From Eledone cirrhosa (lineage: Eukaryota): DNA of 64,000 bases. Made by a program: the position numbers and the translations under genes. The first letter of the stretch is position 1; every line of letters starts with the position of its first letter. The notes under the pieces are model-generated. The model made no database searches. It was not told the DNA's origin and was given only the letters and a program-made list of their open reading frames with translations. The DNA lies in assembly GCA_964016885.1 (NCBI GenBank), contig OZ024741.1:23374001-23438000 (forward strand), in the 5' to 3' direction. This document shows positions 11,001 through 25,500 of the stretch, in pieces.

Positions 11001-14000
11001 CAACTGATGCAGGGAGTTTGTTCCATGGAGGTTTTAAAGGATGCAGTGTCTCGGCAGCTAACAACTAATGCAGGTAGTTTGTTCCATGGAGGTTTTAAAG
11101 GATGCAGTGTCTCGACAGCTAACAACTGATGCAGGGAGTTTGTTCCATGGAGGTTTTAAAGGATGCAGTGTCTCGACCTCTAACAACTGATGCAGGGAGT
11201 TTGTTCCATGGAGGTTTTAAAGGATGCAGTGTCTCGACAGCTAACAACTGATGCAGGGAGTTTGTTCCATGGAGGTTTTAAAGGATGCAGTGTCTCGACA
11301 GCTAACAACTGATGCAGGTAGTTTGTTCCATGGAGGTTTTAAAGGATGCAGTGTCTCGACAGCTAACAACTGCTGCAGGTAGTTTGTTCCATGCTTCAGC
11401 AACTCTGAGCATGAAAAAATGTTTCCGAAAGTCATGGGAGCTGTGCTGTTTTCTGACTTTGTGGGCATGCCCACGTGAGTTAGACACATGGAAAACAAAA
11501 AGGTACTCAGGGTTGTTGTTGACAAGATGGTTAGTAATTTTGTGGGTGTTTACCAAGTCAGTTGCCAGACGTCGGCGCTTCAATGTATCCATGCCCAGGG
11601 AAGCAAGGCGTTCAGAGTATGGTAGATGCCTGATGGAGGGTATTCGCTTGGTTGCACGTCTCTGAACAGTTTCTTGGGATTATGACAGGTGTGGTTGGGC
11701 CTGGCAGCTCTAAAGACTAGTCATGGGCAAATTGTAACCCGTTTGGCTCTCTGAATGGCACACTTAATTTCAAAACAGCCTTTAATTTTTTAGAAGTATG
11801 GCCCACCTTATGAAGAGCCACATCCTATGTGGCCTACTGATTGAAAAAGGTTACCAATGCCTGGATTAAATCATCAGCATACATGAGTTCTCATAGAATG
11901 CCAGTTTTAAAGTGGACTGAGGACTGAGCCTTAGTAGACCCCTACCGACACTAACCCATTACCCTTTACATTACTCTATATTTACGATTGTATTTTCGTT
12001 GTAAAAGCTTTACCTCACATAATATTGAATCTATGAGATTTTGATATTATTTATTTTGAGAACAATACCTTAACATCAGTATGAGTGGCAAGTTATGGCC
12101 AGTTTGAACAGAAAGGAGTGAGTGGATTCTGGACGGTTTAATTGCTAAAGGGTTAAATTCATCACTACTCATTGCTGTTTGCACCTCTATACATGGCTTG
12201 TATGACAATTTGGATTTGGAGGTATATTATTTGCCAGGGAATGACTTATCATGGAGGCACATGGTTTAGTGGTTAGAGCATTGGCCTTGCAATCGAAAGG
12301 TTGTGAGTTCAATTCTCAGACCGGGTGATGTGTTGTTTCCTTGAGCAAGACACTTTATTTCACATTGCTCCAGTTAACTCAGCTGTAGAAATGAGATGAT
12401 AGGGACTGGGGTCCCTATCATTCCACTGCAAAGTGGTTGTGGAGGTGCCACGGCAAAAAAGCACCCAGCCCACACTGTAAAGTGGTCGTGTAGGCGCCAC
12501 GGAAAAAAAGCACCCAGCACTCACTGTAAATGAGGTTGGTGTTAGGAAGGGCATCCAGCTGTAGAAATCAAGCCAGAATCAGTTCCCGTCCCACCCTTGC
12601 AAGCAAGGAAAAGCGGACGTAAAATGATGATGATCATCATCATCATTAATCTGTCTTATTTCCAGGTGAGAATGTAGTCTATTTGGCTTCTGTGACCTTC
12701 TAATTGGTAGGTGATTAAGTGGCTGGCTGATTTCCTGAAGTTTATGTTGCAGACAGATAAGACAAGAGAATTACAGAACTCCGGTAGCCTAGACCCCCTC
12801 CTCATCTTTTGTACCATACCTATAGCTTTCATGTACACTGAGAAAACCATCATAAAAATATTCCTACCTTTTTCATTATAAACACCAAAGAGTTTCACAT
12901 CTGGCAAGGAATTGTCGCTTTGATCAGTTTCATCCTGTTGCAAAAAATGGAAAATGTTTCTTAAAAATCCAAAATAAAATAACAACAAAAAGTGATTTCT
13001 GCTCCTTGTTCCATCATATAAACTTATCATTTTAAAACCACCACCATCACACCACTAGTAGTAGTAGTAGCAGCAATAGCAGAGTTTAATTAGTCCCCCC
13101 TCCTGCCCTCCAAAAATGTTTGGCCTTGTGCCTAAATTAGAACACAATGTTGTAGTTGTTGGTACTGTTGTTATTGTTTGAACATAAAGCATGAAGTTAC
13201 ATCCATAAGACAACTACAATTATTCACTAACCTTGATAGTGATTCCAAAGAGCTTTTCACAGAACTTGAAGAGAGAACTCAATACATGAGACAATGGGAA
13301 GTACTGAGCAATCTGGCTTTCATTGATGCTAGATAATAAAAATAAAAATGGCAGTGATGTATTTATTTTGCAACTTCTGGCTTGAGACAGAATTTAGAGA
13401 CTTTTAGACTTTCCTAAACATGAAAGACTTCTATGTGACCTTTACTTTAACTTCTACTAAATATGTTCTGTTAAACTTCTCCAATTAAGCAGTAATAATT
13501 CTACCGGTGATGTATTTGTTTTGCAAAGTTTTTTTATATGAAATTGTATGTTGAAACAGATATTGTTATATTTAGGGAGGGTCATATTGTTATTATATTG
13601 CCAAAAATAGTAAAACACACTCATTGTTTAGTTTCATCTTTGCTTCAGTTCAGTATACTTTTATGAATATTTTATCTGGCAATCAATGTTTATCATTGAT
13701 TGACCAACAGTTAAAATTATAAATATATTTTCTCAAAGTTTTATCAAATAAAAATAGAAAAGAAACAAGGCATGGCAAGAGAAAATTATAGAAATGTCTA
13801 AATGTTTCATTAATATATTTCTAAAGAAAGATACTGCCAATGATTTGCAATTTATTTTTAAAATAGTCAAGAATTTGGGGTGATTTAGTAACATAACTGA
13901 CTTTCTCAATATTAAACTGGTTTTAGGAGCATAATAACTTAAATGTTCTTACATAAAATTATTATAGAAGGTTAAGGCATCAAGCCATAGAAAACTTGCC

Positions 14001-17000
14001 AAACAAAGGGTTGGGAGGACCCTCAGTTGTGTCAAAGACATGACAACTTCTCCTGTGTACTTGGTGGAGTGTCAACCATATATAAAGTGAGACGACAGAT
14101 CCCTGGCTTGTCTGGGACATCAGTGGCTCCGCTTCAGTACTGACTTGGCCTATATAAACCCCTCCAGGAAGGGTATCAAGCCAGAAACAGTTCTGTATAA
14201 GCAAGACACGGTCATCTGATCTGGCTTGTCTCACAGCAGGACAACTCGTCCAACCCTTGCTCGCATAGAAACATGGACGCTAAACAGTGATGATAATGAT
14301 GATGATGATGTAACTTATATTAACCCATTTGATACCAAACCACCCGAAATTGCCCATGTTTCTACAATACAAAATTGTTTATTTTAAAGTTTTTATATTT
14401 GTCTAAAACCTTCCATCATAATTTCATGTGAGAACATTTGTTAAGTTATGTTCCGAAGCCAGATAAATACTAAGAAGGCTAGTTATATTAGTAAATTCTT
14501 CCAAATTCTTGATTATTTAAAAAATTATTTGAAAATCATAAGCACTGTGTTTACAACAACAGAGAGAAAGTATTGCTAATTCAACTCACCCATAGTACTG
14601 ATTTTTGTGTATTCGTCTCCAGTAAGGTACATCCCAACATTGCAACTCATGTGGAAATCCTTCAGAAACAGCAAAATCCTGAAGTTCTTCTAACTCTTCT
14701 TTAGCAATAGGTTTAAAATGGTTTTTAAATCTAAACAAATAATAATAATAATAAAAATAATAATGATAATGATTTCTAGTATAGGCACAAGGCCAGTAAT
14801 TTGAAGGGGTGGGGAAAGTCGATTAAATTGGCCCCAGTACATTACTGGTGCTTTATTTTATTGACCCCGTAAGGATGAAAGGCAAAGTTAACCTCGGCGG
14901 GATTTGAACTCAGATCATAAAGGGACGTAACTCTATGCTTCAAAGCATGGTGTCAGACTCTCTACCGATACTGCCATAATAATAATAATTTATTAACCAC
15001 AAAGAAAAACATTAAGTACAGAACAGACAAAACACTGAATGAGTGTATACGTGTATTATCAGAGAGTTTGTCTTGTATGACACAAGACTAAAAAGTCCTT
15101 GATGATGATACACTATGTTGTTTCCATTTATCTAAGGGGGTAATAAAGAAATAATTGTTTCTACTTTAGGCACAAGGCCAGCAATTATCCCAGTACATTA
15201 CTGGTACTTTATTTTATCAACCCCGTAAGGATGAAAGGCAAGGACCGTAACTCTATGCGTCAAAGCATGGCGTCCGACCCTCTACCGATACTGCCAATCC
15301 ACCGCCCTAAAGTAATAAAGAAATAATAATGGCAAAAGAGCAATTAAGGAGTGTGTTTGTTAGATCAGGAACGAACTGAGGGGGCTGATAAAATATCAGT
15401 CTAGGTAAGTGAATTGATGGAATTGTTAGAATGGCAGAGAGAGATGGTTTGTGGCATTTGATCCAAAGCTGTGTATACTGAGTTCAAATCTGGTTGTGGT
15501 CTATTGAGTGGTAGATTAAATTTGTCACCCGGTTTAACACCTCAGCCTGGTTTTAGGGTGCCTTTAGCAGAATCCATTCTTTTACAGACATTCAGACCAG
15601 GTCTCTAGTTTGAAGATACCTTACTCCTTCCCTCTAACACTCACCGGTCTCAGGGGCCTAGAAAAGGGTCATGGACATTGTCCTTATCTCCTTGATTAAA
15701 CAGTACAAACAAATATATATATATATAAATATAACTTACGTTTCTAGCATAGTGAGCACATTCTCTACAGATCCAGCCATTTTGGTCTCCATAGACAAAT
15801 GAGCATAGCTATCATATCCTAAAATATTAGCAATGTCTTGCCTGAAAAAAATAAAGAAAAAATAGGATTAATTCTTTACAAACAAAATTGGAGAAAGATG
15901 TTTTCAAAGAGAAAAACTATATACACATATATATATCAACTCATCTAACCCATGCTAGCATGGGAAATGGATGTTAAACGGTGATGATGATTTCTCAAAG
16001 CTATTAATTTAATTCTTTTTTTTATATTAGAATATTCAGGATGGTTTTGTAATAAATTTATCAGCCACCAACATCATTATCATCATCACTGTTTTACGTC
16101 CGTTCTTCCACGCTAGCATGGGTTAGACGGGTTGTCCTGTTGTGGGCAGTGTCTGGTCGGCTCACCATGCCTTGCTCATACAGGAACTGATTTGGCTTGA
16201 TTTCTACAGCTGGATGCCCTTCCTAACACCAACCTCATTTACAGTGAGTGTTGGGTGCTTTTTCGTGGCGCCTACACGTCCACTTTACAGTGTGGGCTGG
16301 GTGCTTTTTTTGCCGTGGCACCTCCACGACCACCTTGCGGTGGGGGGTGTGGGGCATATTGTCTATATGCTTCAGCTTGTACCCATGGTACAATATCACT
16401 GATCCCACAGTGTGTCGGTTCTTGCCATTCTCTTGGTCAGCATCAGTGGCATGGAGGGATTTGCATGCATGGGCAACTGTTGATTTTCCACAAAATAAAT
16501 CTTGCCCAAGTCTGTATTTAGGAGAGGAACTTTCCAGATACAGATTCATTGTTACACAAGACATGCAGAGGCCCAGAAGAGAATGATGTAAATAGAAATG
16601 GAATGAGATGGCTCAGTCATGTGTTGAGGATGGACAACAGGAGTTGATTAAGAGAGGTAATGGAAATAAATGTAGAAGGAAGTCAAAAAAAGGAAGACCA
16701 AGAATACATGGCTAAATAAGATGGAGGAGGAAATGAAAGTCAAGGGAATAAGAGGGAGATGCAGAGAATATGGCAAAGCTTGTCATGGTCTGTACAAGGT
16801 CAAACCCTCCTTTAACAGGGAAAATGAACTTAAAATACTTATTGTTGTTATTGGTGTTAATAATTAATTAACAGTTCATGTGTTTATCAACAAACAACAG
16901 TCAACATGACTCAACCAAAATACAATGTTTTAACAGTGTTTACGAAAAATACACAAGAAAATTGATAGTTGAATATTTTCATTTTTTAAAACTCTTTTAT

Positions 17001-20000
17001 ATACACAAACACTCTCTCTCTATTACATATATAAACACACACTCCATTATATACACAAACACACTCTCTCTATTACATATATAAACACACACTCCATTAT
17101 ATACACAAACACTCTCTCTCTATTACATATATAAACACACACTCCATTATATACACAAACACACTCTCTCTATTACATATATAAACACACACTCCATTAT
17201 ATACACAAACACTCTCTCTCTATTACATATATAAACACACACTCCATTATATACACAAACACTCTCTCTCTATTACATATATAAACACACACTCCATTAT
17301 ATACACAAACACACTCTCTCTATTACATATATAAACACACACTCCATTATATACACAAACACACTCTCTCTATTACATATATAAACACACACACACACTC
17401 CATTCATCATCATCATCATCATCACCGTTTTACGTCCGTTCTTCCACGCTAGCATGGGTTAGACGGGTTGTCCTGTAGTGGGCAGTGTCTGGTCGGCTGA
17501 CCATGCCTTGCTCATACAGGAACTGATTTGGCTTGATTTCTACAGCTGGATACCCTTCCTAACACCAACCTCATTTACAGTGAGTGCTGGGTGCTTTTTC
17601 GTGGCGCCTACACGTCCACTTTACAGTGTGGACTGGGTGCTTTTTTGCCGTGGCACCTCCACGACCACCTTGCAGTGGGGGGTGTGGGGGCATATTGTCT
17701 ATATGCTTCAGCTTGTACCCATGGGAGGTTGGGTACTCTGTATTACTGCGTGACGCCAGAGGTCACGGTCGTGTGTCATTGCCTTTGAGAGGTGTAATTG
17801 GGTACATATTTAAAAAAATCTAAGATGACTGTGGCCTATTTGAGTGGTAAACTTAATCCATTGCTTAATTTAATACCACTTTCTGGCCTTTCAGTGTTTT
17901 AAGCAGAGTTCACTCAGTTACAAACATTCAGGTCAGGTCTCAGGTTGAGAAAACCTTCCTTCTACCTACCTACAAGTCTCAAGAAATAAGTCATGACCAC
18001 ATCCTTTCTGTCCCTATGGTTACACAACAAAAAGCATCGAACCCACACTGTAAAGTGGTTGTGTAGATGTCACAACAAAAAGCACCCAGTGCACACTGTA
18101 AAGTGGTTGTGTAGATGTCCCGACAAAAAGCACCCAGTGCACACTGTAAAGTGGTTGTGAAGGTGTTATGACAAAAAGCACCCAGTTCACACTGTAAAGT
18201 GGTTGTGAAGTTGTTATGATGACAAAAAGCACCCAGTTCTCACTGAAAAAGTGGTTGGTGTTAGGAAAGGCATGCAGCCATAGAAACCAAGCCAGAAAGA
18301 GTTATCCAACCTGGCTTGTCTCACAACAGGACAACTTGTCTAATCCAAGTTAACATGGAAAAATGGACATTAAACAATGATGATGATGATGGAATAAAGG
18401 ATTACCGAAGAAGTCTTATTTCGTGAATAATTTTGTGGTTTGCAAGATCTCGTTCCTGATGTTTTGGTCCTGCTCGGCTATTGTATGCTTGCCATACATT
18501 CCAGCGAAGAGTTCGGTTGTGACAATGCTCCAAGAATGCTTGGTATACCTGACTCTGAAGTGTCACTTGCCATGGACCAATTTTAGGTTGTTGTCTGGTA
18601 AGTAAAATAATATATATGTAAAAAATATACAAAAATAACAAAACAAATAGTACAGTACATGGAAGAAATATATTAGTTTAACGCTTGAAATAGCAGCAAG
18701 AGACCCTTAATGTTTCAGACACTAGTTCTTCATCAGAAGATAGAGTTAGAAATAGAAGATAAATGAAAAGTAAAGAATGGGAAAAATGAGGAAAAAGAAA
18801 GGGGAGAAAAAAACACACCTGTGTATGCAGTCAGCCATCTTGGAGAGTAAAATAACTGTTCCATAGTTAACATATTTTTTTAGAAAGGCATTATAGTTTA
18901 AATGGGAAAAAAGGAGAAAAAACTGTACACTCTTGACTGACTGCATAACTCAACTGTGTCCTGCAGACAAGATGGTGCAAGCATTGCTTTGATATTTGCT
19001 GTATCAGCCACTCCACCTCATGAGGTTCCTTACAGGGAAAAAAAGCAGCCTTAGGACCATGGAGGACTCAATGGCAACTAGCACCATAAGAAATTGGTCA
19101 GTCAATGCCTGGAATTTGTTTAAAATTATTCTAAGGATTCCAAGTGATTTTGTTTGACTAAGGCACCAGTCCAACTAACTTTGGAAAAGGAATATAGTCT
19201 ACAATTCGTTGGTCTTGTGTGACAATATATGTACTGAACGTATTTTGTTATTTCATTTAGTAGCCATAGTGTTGGGTCCTTAATAAAATGCCCCAGTACA
19301 CTCTGTAAAGTGGTAGAGATAGTGCCACGATAAAATGCCCCCACTACACTCTGTAAAGTGGGAGTGCTTGTGCCATAAAATATCTCCAGTACACTTAGTG
19401 AAATGATAATGCCACAATAAAATACACTCAGCACAATCTGTAAAGTGGTATTTTTGGTGGCATGATAAAATGCACTAGTATACTTTGTAAGTGGTAGTAC
19501 TGTTGCCAAGATAAAATGCACCACCTACAGTCTGTAAGTGGTAGTGCTGATGCCATAGTAAATTGCACTCAGTACACTTTGTAAAGTGCATGTCATTAGG
19601 AAGGGTATCCAGCTGTAGAAACTTTGCCAAAATATGGTAGCAAAGTAAACAGCTTAACTACACAGCCATATCTGCAGTCATGGGGTTGTGAGAGTTTGCA
19701 AGAATGAGCCAACAAAAAATGATAGGTTTGAAGAATTTACAAACATTTCAAAAAAGTTTTATAAACAAAAGAAGGCAACTTACTTATCATCAGCCATCAT
19801 AGAAATTATGGCAGGAGACATGTTTTTCACAAAAGAGTAATCAGTGACCCACTGTGAAAACATATTCTGACAAACCATTACTTTACTCCTGAACAAATTG
19901 AAAACAGAAAATATAATAAAATACATTTTAAAAAAATGATTATTTTCAAACATACATACGACAACATAGGGTAGAGAGGACTTTTTATTCAAGTCAATAA

Positions 20001-22545
20001 TATGAAAACCTCTTTAGTGCTGGTACTACAATAAAATGCACCCAGCATGCTCTATAAAATGGTTAGTGTTAGGAAGAGCATCCAGCTACAGAAACCATGC
20101 CAAAAAGAGTCAAGAGGATTCTTCAAATACACCACAGACATGACAATCTCTCTAATGCTAGTGCCATGATAAATGCATCCAATAGACTTTGTAAATGTTG
20201 GTTTTAGGAAGGGCATCTAGCTGTAGAAACCATACCAAACAAATAGTTAAGAAGATCCTTTATTTGTTTCAACAACATGGTAACTTCGGTAGTGCTGGTG
20301 CCACAACATATGTACTCAGTGGTTTGAGTTAGGAAGGGCATCCAGCAGTAGAAACTATGCCAAAACTGGAATAAGAGATGTGGGGTCCCCTGGCCCATCT
20401 AAGCGGACAGTAGCTTCGCTTAAGTACTGACATGATCTGTGACCACTCATCCAGTCTATGCCAACATCGAGTATTGAACATTGATGATGATAATGATGCA
20501 AGACTGAAAGTGGTAAATAGGCTGATTCATTAGAGTAGAAGCTGATTCATTAGAGTAGAAGCCTTGTGGAATTTCTTTTGGCTCTCCTTTGTACTTGGAA
20601 TTTAAATTCCACCAAGGTTAAGTTTGCTTTTCCTGCTTTCAGAGTTGATGGGATAAAATACCAGTCCAGAGTGGCTGATTAACGGAATTGTTAGAGGATC
20701 AGACAAGATGCTTGGCAGTATTTGTTCTGATTCCATTCTGAATTAAAATTCCACTGTGGCCCATTTGAGTGGTAAACTTAATCCATTTCCCAATTTAATA
20801 CCACTTTCTGGCCCTTGGATGTTTTAAGCAGAATTCACTCAGTTGCAAACATTTAGGTTAGGTCTCAGCTTGTGAAAACCTTCCTTCTACTTACCTACAA
20901 GTCTCAGAGACTCTGAAATAAGTCATGACCACAACCCTTGTCCCTAGCTAAACAGTAAAAAACATACAGCTGTATATAAATTTGAGCGACTTTCATTCAT
21001 CACACAATGTGTGTGTGTTTGTGTGAATGTATGTGTGTGTAAAAGGAAGGAAGGGGATGGTGAAACAAAACTGTGGCTGGCATTCCATTTGCTACATGTA
21101 TGTGAGTGTATGTGTTTGTGTGAATGTATGTGTCTTTGTATGAATGTATGTCAGTGAGTGTGTATTTTTGTAAGCATGTGTTTGCACGTTTATATCTATA
21201 TACTCATACATATAAATGTATGCATATACACATATGCGTCAGCATGTTGAAAGAAATTCTAGTTACCTAAAAGTATTTCTCTCTTGTGTTAGTTTACGTA
21301 AGATGTCAATGAACTTCTTCCTGCTGGAACCACTGATCTCAATGCCATTTAAATGACCTTCTAACAGGTAAAGGTTGACCAATTGCTGTTGGTAGAAGTC
21401 CAGTCTAGAACGGTCAGCATTCACTTCCTGTACAAAATAGAAAATAAATAAGTAAATGAAATCTTTAATCTTTTTTATACCAAACTATTTAAAATTGTTC
21501 CTGGTTGCATTTCATGTGAGGTTTCTCAGGTGTTTAATGATAGGAACCCCAGTCCTATCATATGAGGTTTCTCAGGTGTTTTAATGATAGGGACTCCAGT
21601 CCTATCATACAAGGTTTCTCAGGTGTTTTAATGATACGAGCCCCCACACCTACATGCCCATTTTACAGTGTGGAATGTATGCATTTATATGGTATACACA
21701 CACCCGTATACACTCTACATCACTTGTCCAATTTTGCAAGTATAAAGGACACACATACTACCTATTCTACAGAAAGCAAGAAACATTTCACAGTAGTGTA
21801 AGAACATACCTTTACAGCATTATATAAGGGTTCACTGATCCACCTTTCATTCTTGGCTTGATCCACTTGTGAATGAATCTAAAAGATAATGGATATAGGA
21901 AACATTGAAATAAAAATTATATCGACACACCAAACAGATGCAATGCTCAGATAGATAACAGAAGTGACACATATAACTGAATGTAAGCCTAAACACAATA
22001 GAAAGCATAAATGGAATAACAACCAACAACATAATGGCTGAGGAAAATATAAGGACACACAAGAACAAATATATGTTACAAAGACAAACCCTTCCCTCAC
22101 ACACAGAATACATAGATTAGAATAATAACTACCTAATGATGAGCAAGGGAGAGACAAGAAAAAAAGACATGCATACACACAAAGACTTGGAGGAGAAACG
22201 AGACATAAAGTCAAACATACATGTACAGACATACATGCACATGCACAAACCAGATACACGCTTTAAAAAAAACAAGATGGAGTAAAATATAACAAAGACG
22301 AGATGCAGAGAAACAAAGATAGACACTGAGAAGGTCACAGGATGTTTTGACAATGAACAGGACAATTAATAAAGAAACAACCATCCAGTTACTAAACTAA
22401 CCAATGAATGGATTAGTTATTCAACTAATAATAAACTGAAGTGAAACTTAACTGGTGTGTGTGCTGTTATTGGTAGCATGACAGTATCTGTTTCAACACA
22501 CAATTTCACAACAACAATCTTGCAAAACAAATACAAAAACCAAGT

Positions 22546-22576
<31 letters not shown>

Positions 22577-25500
22577 CACTTATAAAATTAAGAAAGAGAG
22601 GACAACACAACGAACGGAAACAAAACAAAACGAAAAACAATTTTTTAAGGGGAAACCTTAAAAAATTATTTTTCAAAAATAAAAATACAAACGAAGGACA
22701 CAGAACTCCATGGTCATTGGTCGTTGAGATGGACTTTAGCAGTTTTCGACCCCTACCAATGGTACTGCTGGTCCAACCAGGGTCACAGCATCTGACATAA
22801 GCCAAATGCTGTCCAGTGGAGTAAGAGACAATTAAGCTAATAACACATAGAATTTTGTGTGACATCAGGGAATAAATGTGGTGTCTCTCATGGCACGAAA
22901 GACATGAATGAAACAAAGAAGAAAGTAAGATATTATGTTAAGAACAACAGAAGACCAGACAGAAAAATTTCCTTTAAACTTTTAATTCTGCGAAAGCACT
23001 ATAAATATTTCGCTGGCCCAGCCTGTTGAAATATGTATAATGCTTTCATGGAATGAAAATTCTAAAGTAAATTTTCCAGGTTTTTTTTGTTATTTTAATG
23101 AATACTTTACTCTGTTCCTGCACAAGCCACAGGATACCACTTTGCATAATGTTGAGTGCTTTAATTAATTTATTGCATCATCGTTTACCAATGTGAACTA
23201 ACAGTTCTACCCATTGGTAAACAGCCTAACATAAATGGTATATATATATGCAATCAAAAAGTTGTGAGTTCAATTCTCAGACCAGGTGATGTGTTGTTTC
23301 CTTGAGCAAGACACTTTATTTCACATTGCTCCAGTTTACTCAGCTGTAGAAATAAGATGATAGGACTGGATTCCCTATCATTCCACTGCAAAGTGGTCGT
23401 GGAGGTGCCACGGCAAAAAAGTACCCAGCACTCACTCTTAAATGAGGTTGGTGTTAGGAAGGGCATCCAGCTGTAGAAATCAAGTCAGAATCAGTTCCCG
23501 TCCCACCCTTGCAAGCAGGGAAAAGTAGAAGTAAAATGATGATGATGATGATGATATATATCATCACCATCATCATCATCACTGTTTTACGTCCATTCTT
23601 CCATGCCAGCATGGGTTAGATGGGTTGTCCTGTTGTGGGCAATGTCAGGTCTTGCTCATACGGGAACTGATTTTGGCTTGATTTCTACAGCTGGATGCCC
23701 TTCCTAACACCAACCTCATTTACAGAGTGAGTGTTGGGTACTTTTTTCTGTGGCGCCTACACAACCACTTTACAGTGGGAGGGGATGGGAGCATATTGTC
23801 TATATGCTTCAGCTTCGGCTTGTTCCTGTGGGAAGTCGGGTCTTCTGTATTTACTGCATGACGCCAGAGGTATATATATATATAAGATAGGGTGTGGTAA
23901 AAAACCGGATGGACCATAACCCACCAGAATACTCTCTTTTTCTCTCTCTATGTCTATCTATATATATATATTTTATAACATCTATATATATCCATAACAT
24001 CTCTATCTGACGACCGATCCAGACATATATTATTATTGTCTGTGATCCAGAAACCTTTGGTAATGGAGTAGTTATATTTTGTGTTATTCATTTTCTAATA
24101 TAATAGCTCTGTTCTATACATAGAGCACTCTTTTTTCTTTGCTTTTCCTTCGGAATTACCTAACACACAGACACACATCATCATCATCATCATCGTTTAA
24201 CGTTCATCTTCCACACTAGCATGGGTCTGGACGGGAATTGTCCCACTTGAGGTAAGATTGGTTGTCTTGCTCAAGGCTGTCTGCCCTTCCTAACACCAAC
24301 CACGTTTACAGTGTGGACTGGGAGGTTTTTACTGTGTTACCAACATGGCCACATTACAGCATGGACTGTGTGTTTTTTTGTCGTCACACCTACACGATCT
24401 CATTTATTTAGGACTGGATGTTGTGGTACCAACATAGCTTTACATCAAAAGAGGTGGTGTAGATGGCGGTGGGGGTAGGGTTAGTGGGACGGGGGTGTAT
24501 TTTGGTTAAGAGGTGCCTACTGACTGTAGGTTTCACTTTGTACTTAGGCAAGGCGGGTCTTCTGTATTACTACGTAGCGCCAAAGATCTCGGTCCAGTGA
24601 CATTGTCTTGGAGAGGTGTAAGTGTGTGAGGTCGGATTTTATCATATATATATAATAATAATATAATAATAATGAAATTATTGTGTAAAGTGCTCAGGTG
24701 CACTACAACTCGTCAAAAGTGTATGTATAGTACATAGAATAATACACAAATGTCAGGGAAGTACATGTGTGTATGTGTTAGCTGTAGTGTTGGCGAATCT
24801 TGGGACGCATGGAGGCCTTAAAGGATGCAGTGTCTTGACAGGACAGCTAACACCTGATGCAGGTAGTTTGTTCCATGCTTCAGCAACTCTGAGCGTGAAA
24901 AAATGTTTCCGAAAGTCATGGGAACTGTGCTGTTTTTTTACTTTGTGGGCATGTCCACGTGTGTTAGACACATGGAAATGAAAAAGGTACTCAGGGTTGT
25001 TGTTGGCAATATGGTTAACAATTTTGTGGGTGTTTACCAAGTCAGTTGCCAGGCGTCGGAGCTTCAATGTATCCATGCCCAGGGAAGCAAGGCGCTCAGA
25101 GTATGGTAGATGCCTGATGGAGGGTATTCGCTTGGTTGCACGTCTCTGAACAGTTTCCAGGCGGTCAATGTTCTGAGCAAGATAGGGATTCCAGACTGGT
25201 GATGCAAATTCTAAGTGTGGTCGCACCATAGCCATGTACAGCCTTAAATAGATATCTGGAGAGCGGCTGACAAAGGTCTTGCTGAGTGATCCTAAGACAC
25301 CCTCGGCCCTCTTGACAATTTTAGAGACGTGCCTCGTCCAACGCAAATCGCTGCTGACCGTAATGCCCAGGTCACGTTCACAAGAAGACTTCTTGATACT
25401 AGTGCTGTGGAAGGAGTATGTGGACGCTGGGTTTTTACTCCCAAAATGCATGGTGGTGCACTTGTCCACAGCTAGCTTGAGTTGCCAGTCTGAGATCCAT

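Noticed and set aside
12251-12325. tRNA-like sequences (also at 28480-28553, 51262 and 37124 ff.)
   Set aside because: They are SINE heads followed by CORE or Meta-like bodies and LINE tails, without a proper cloverleaf.
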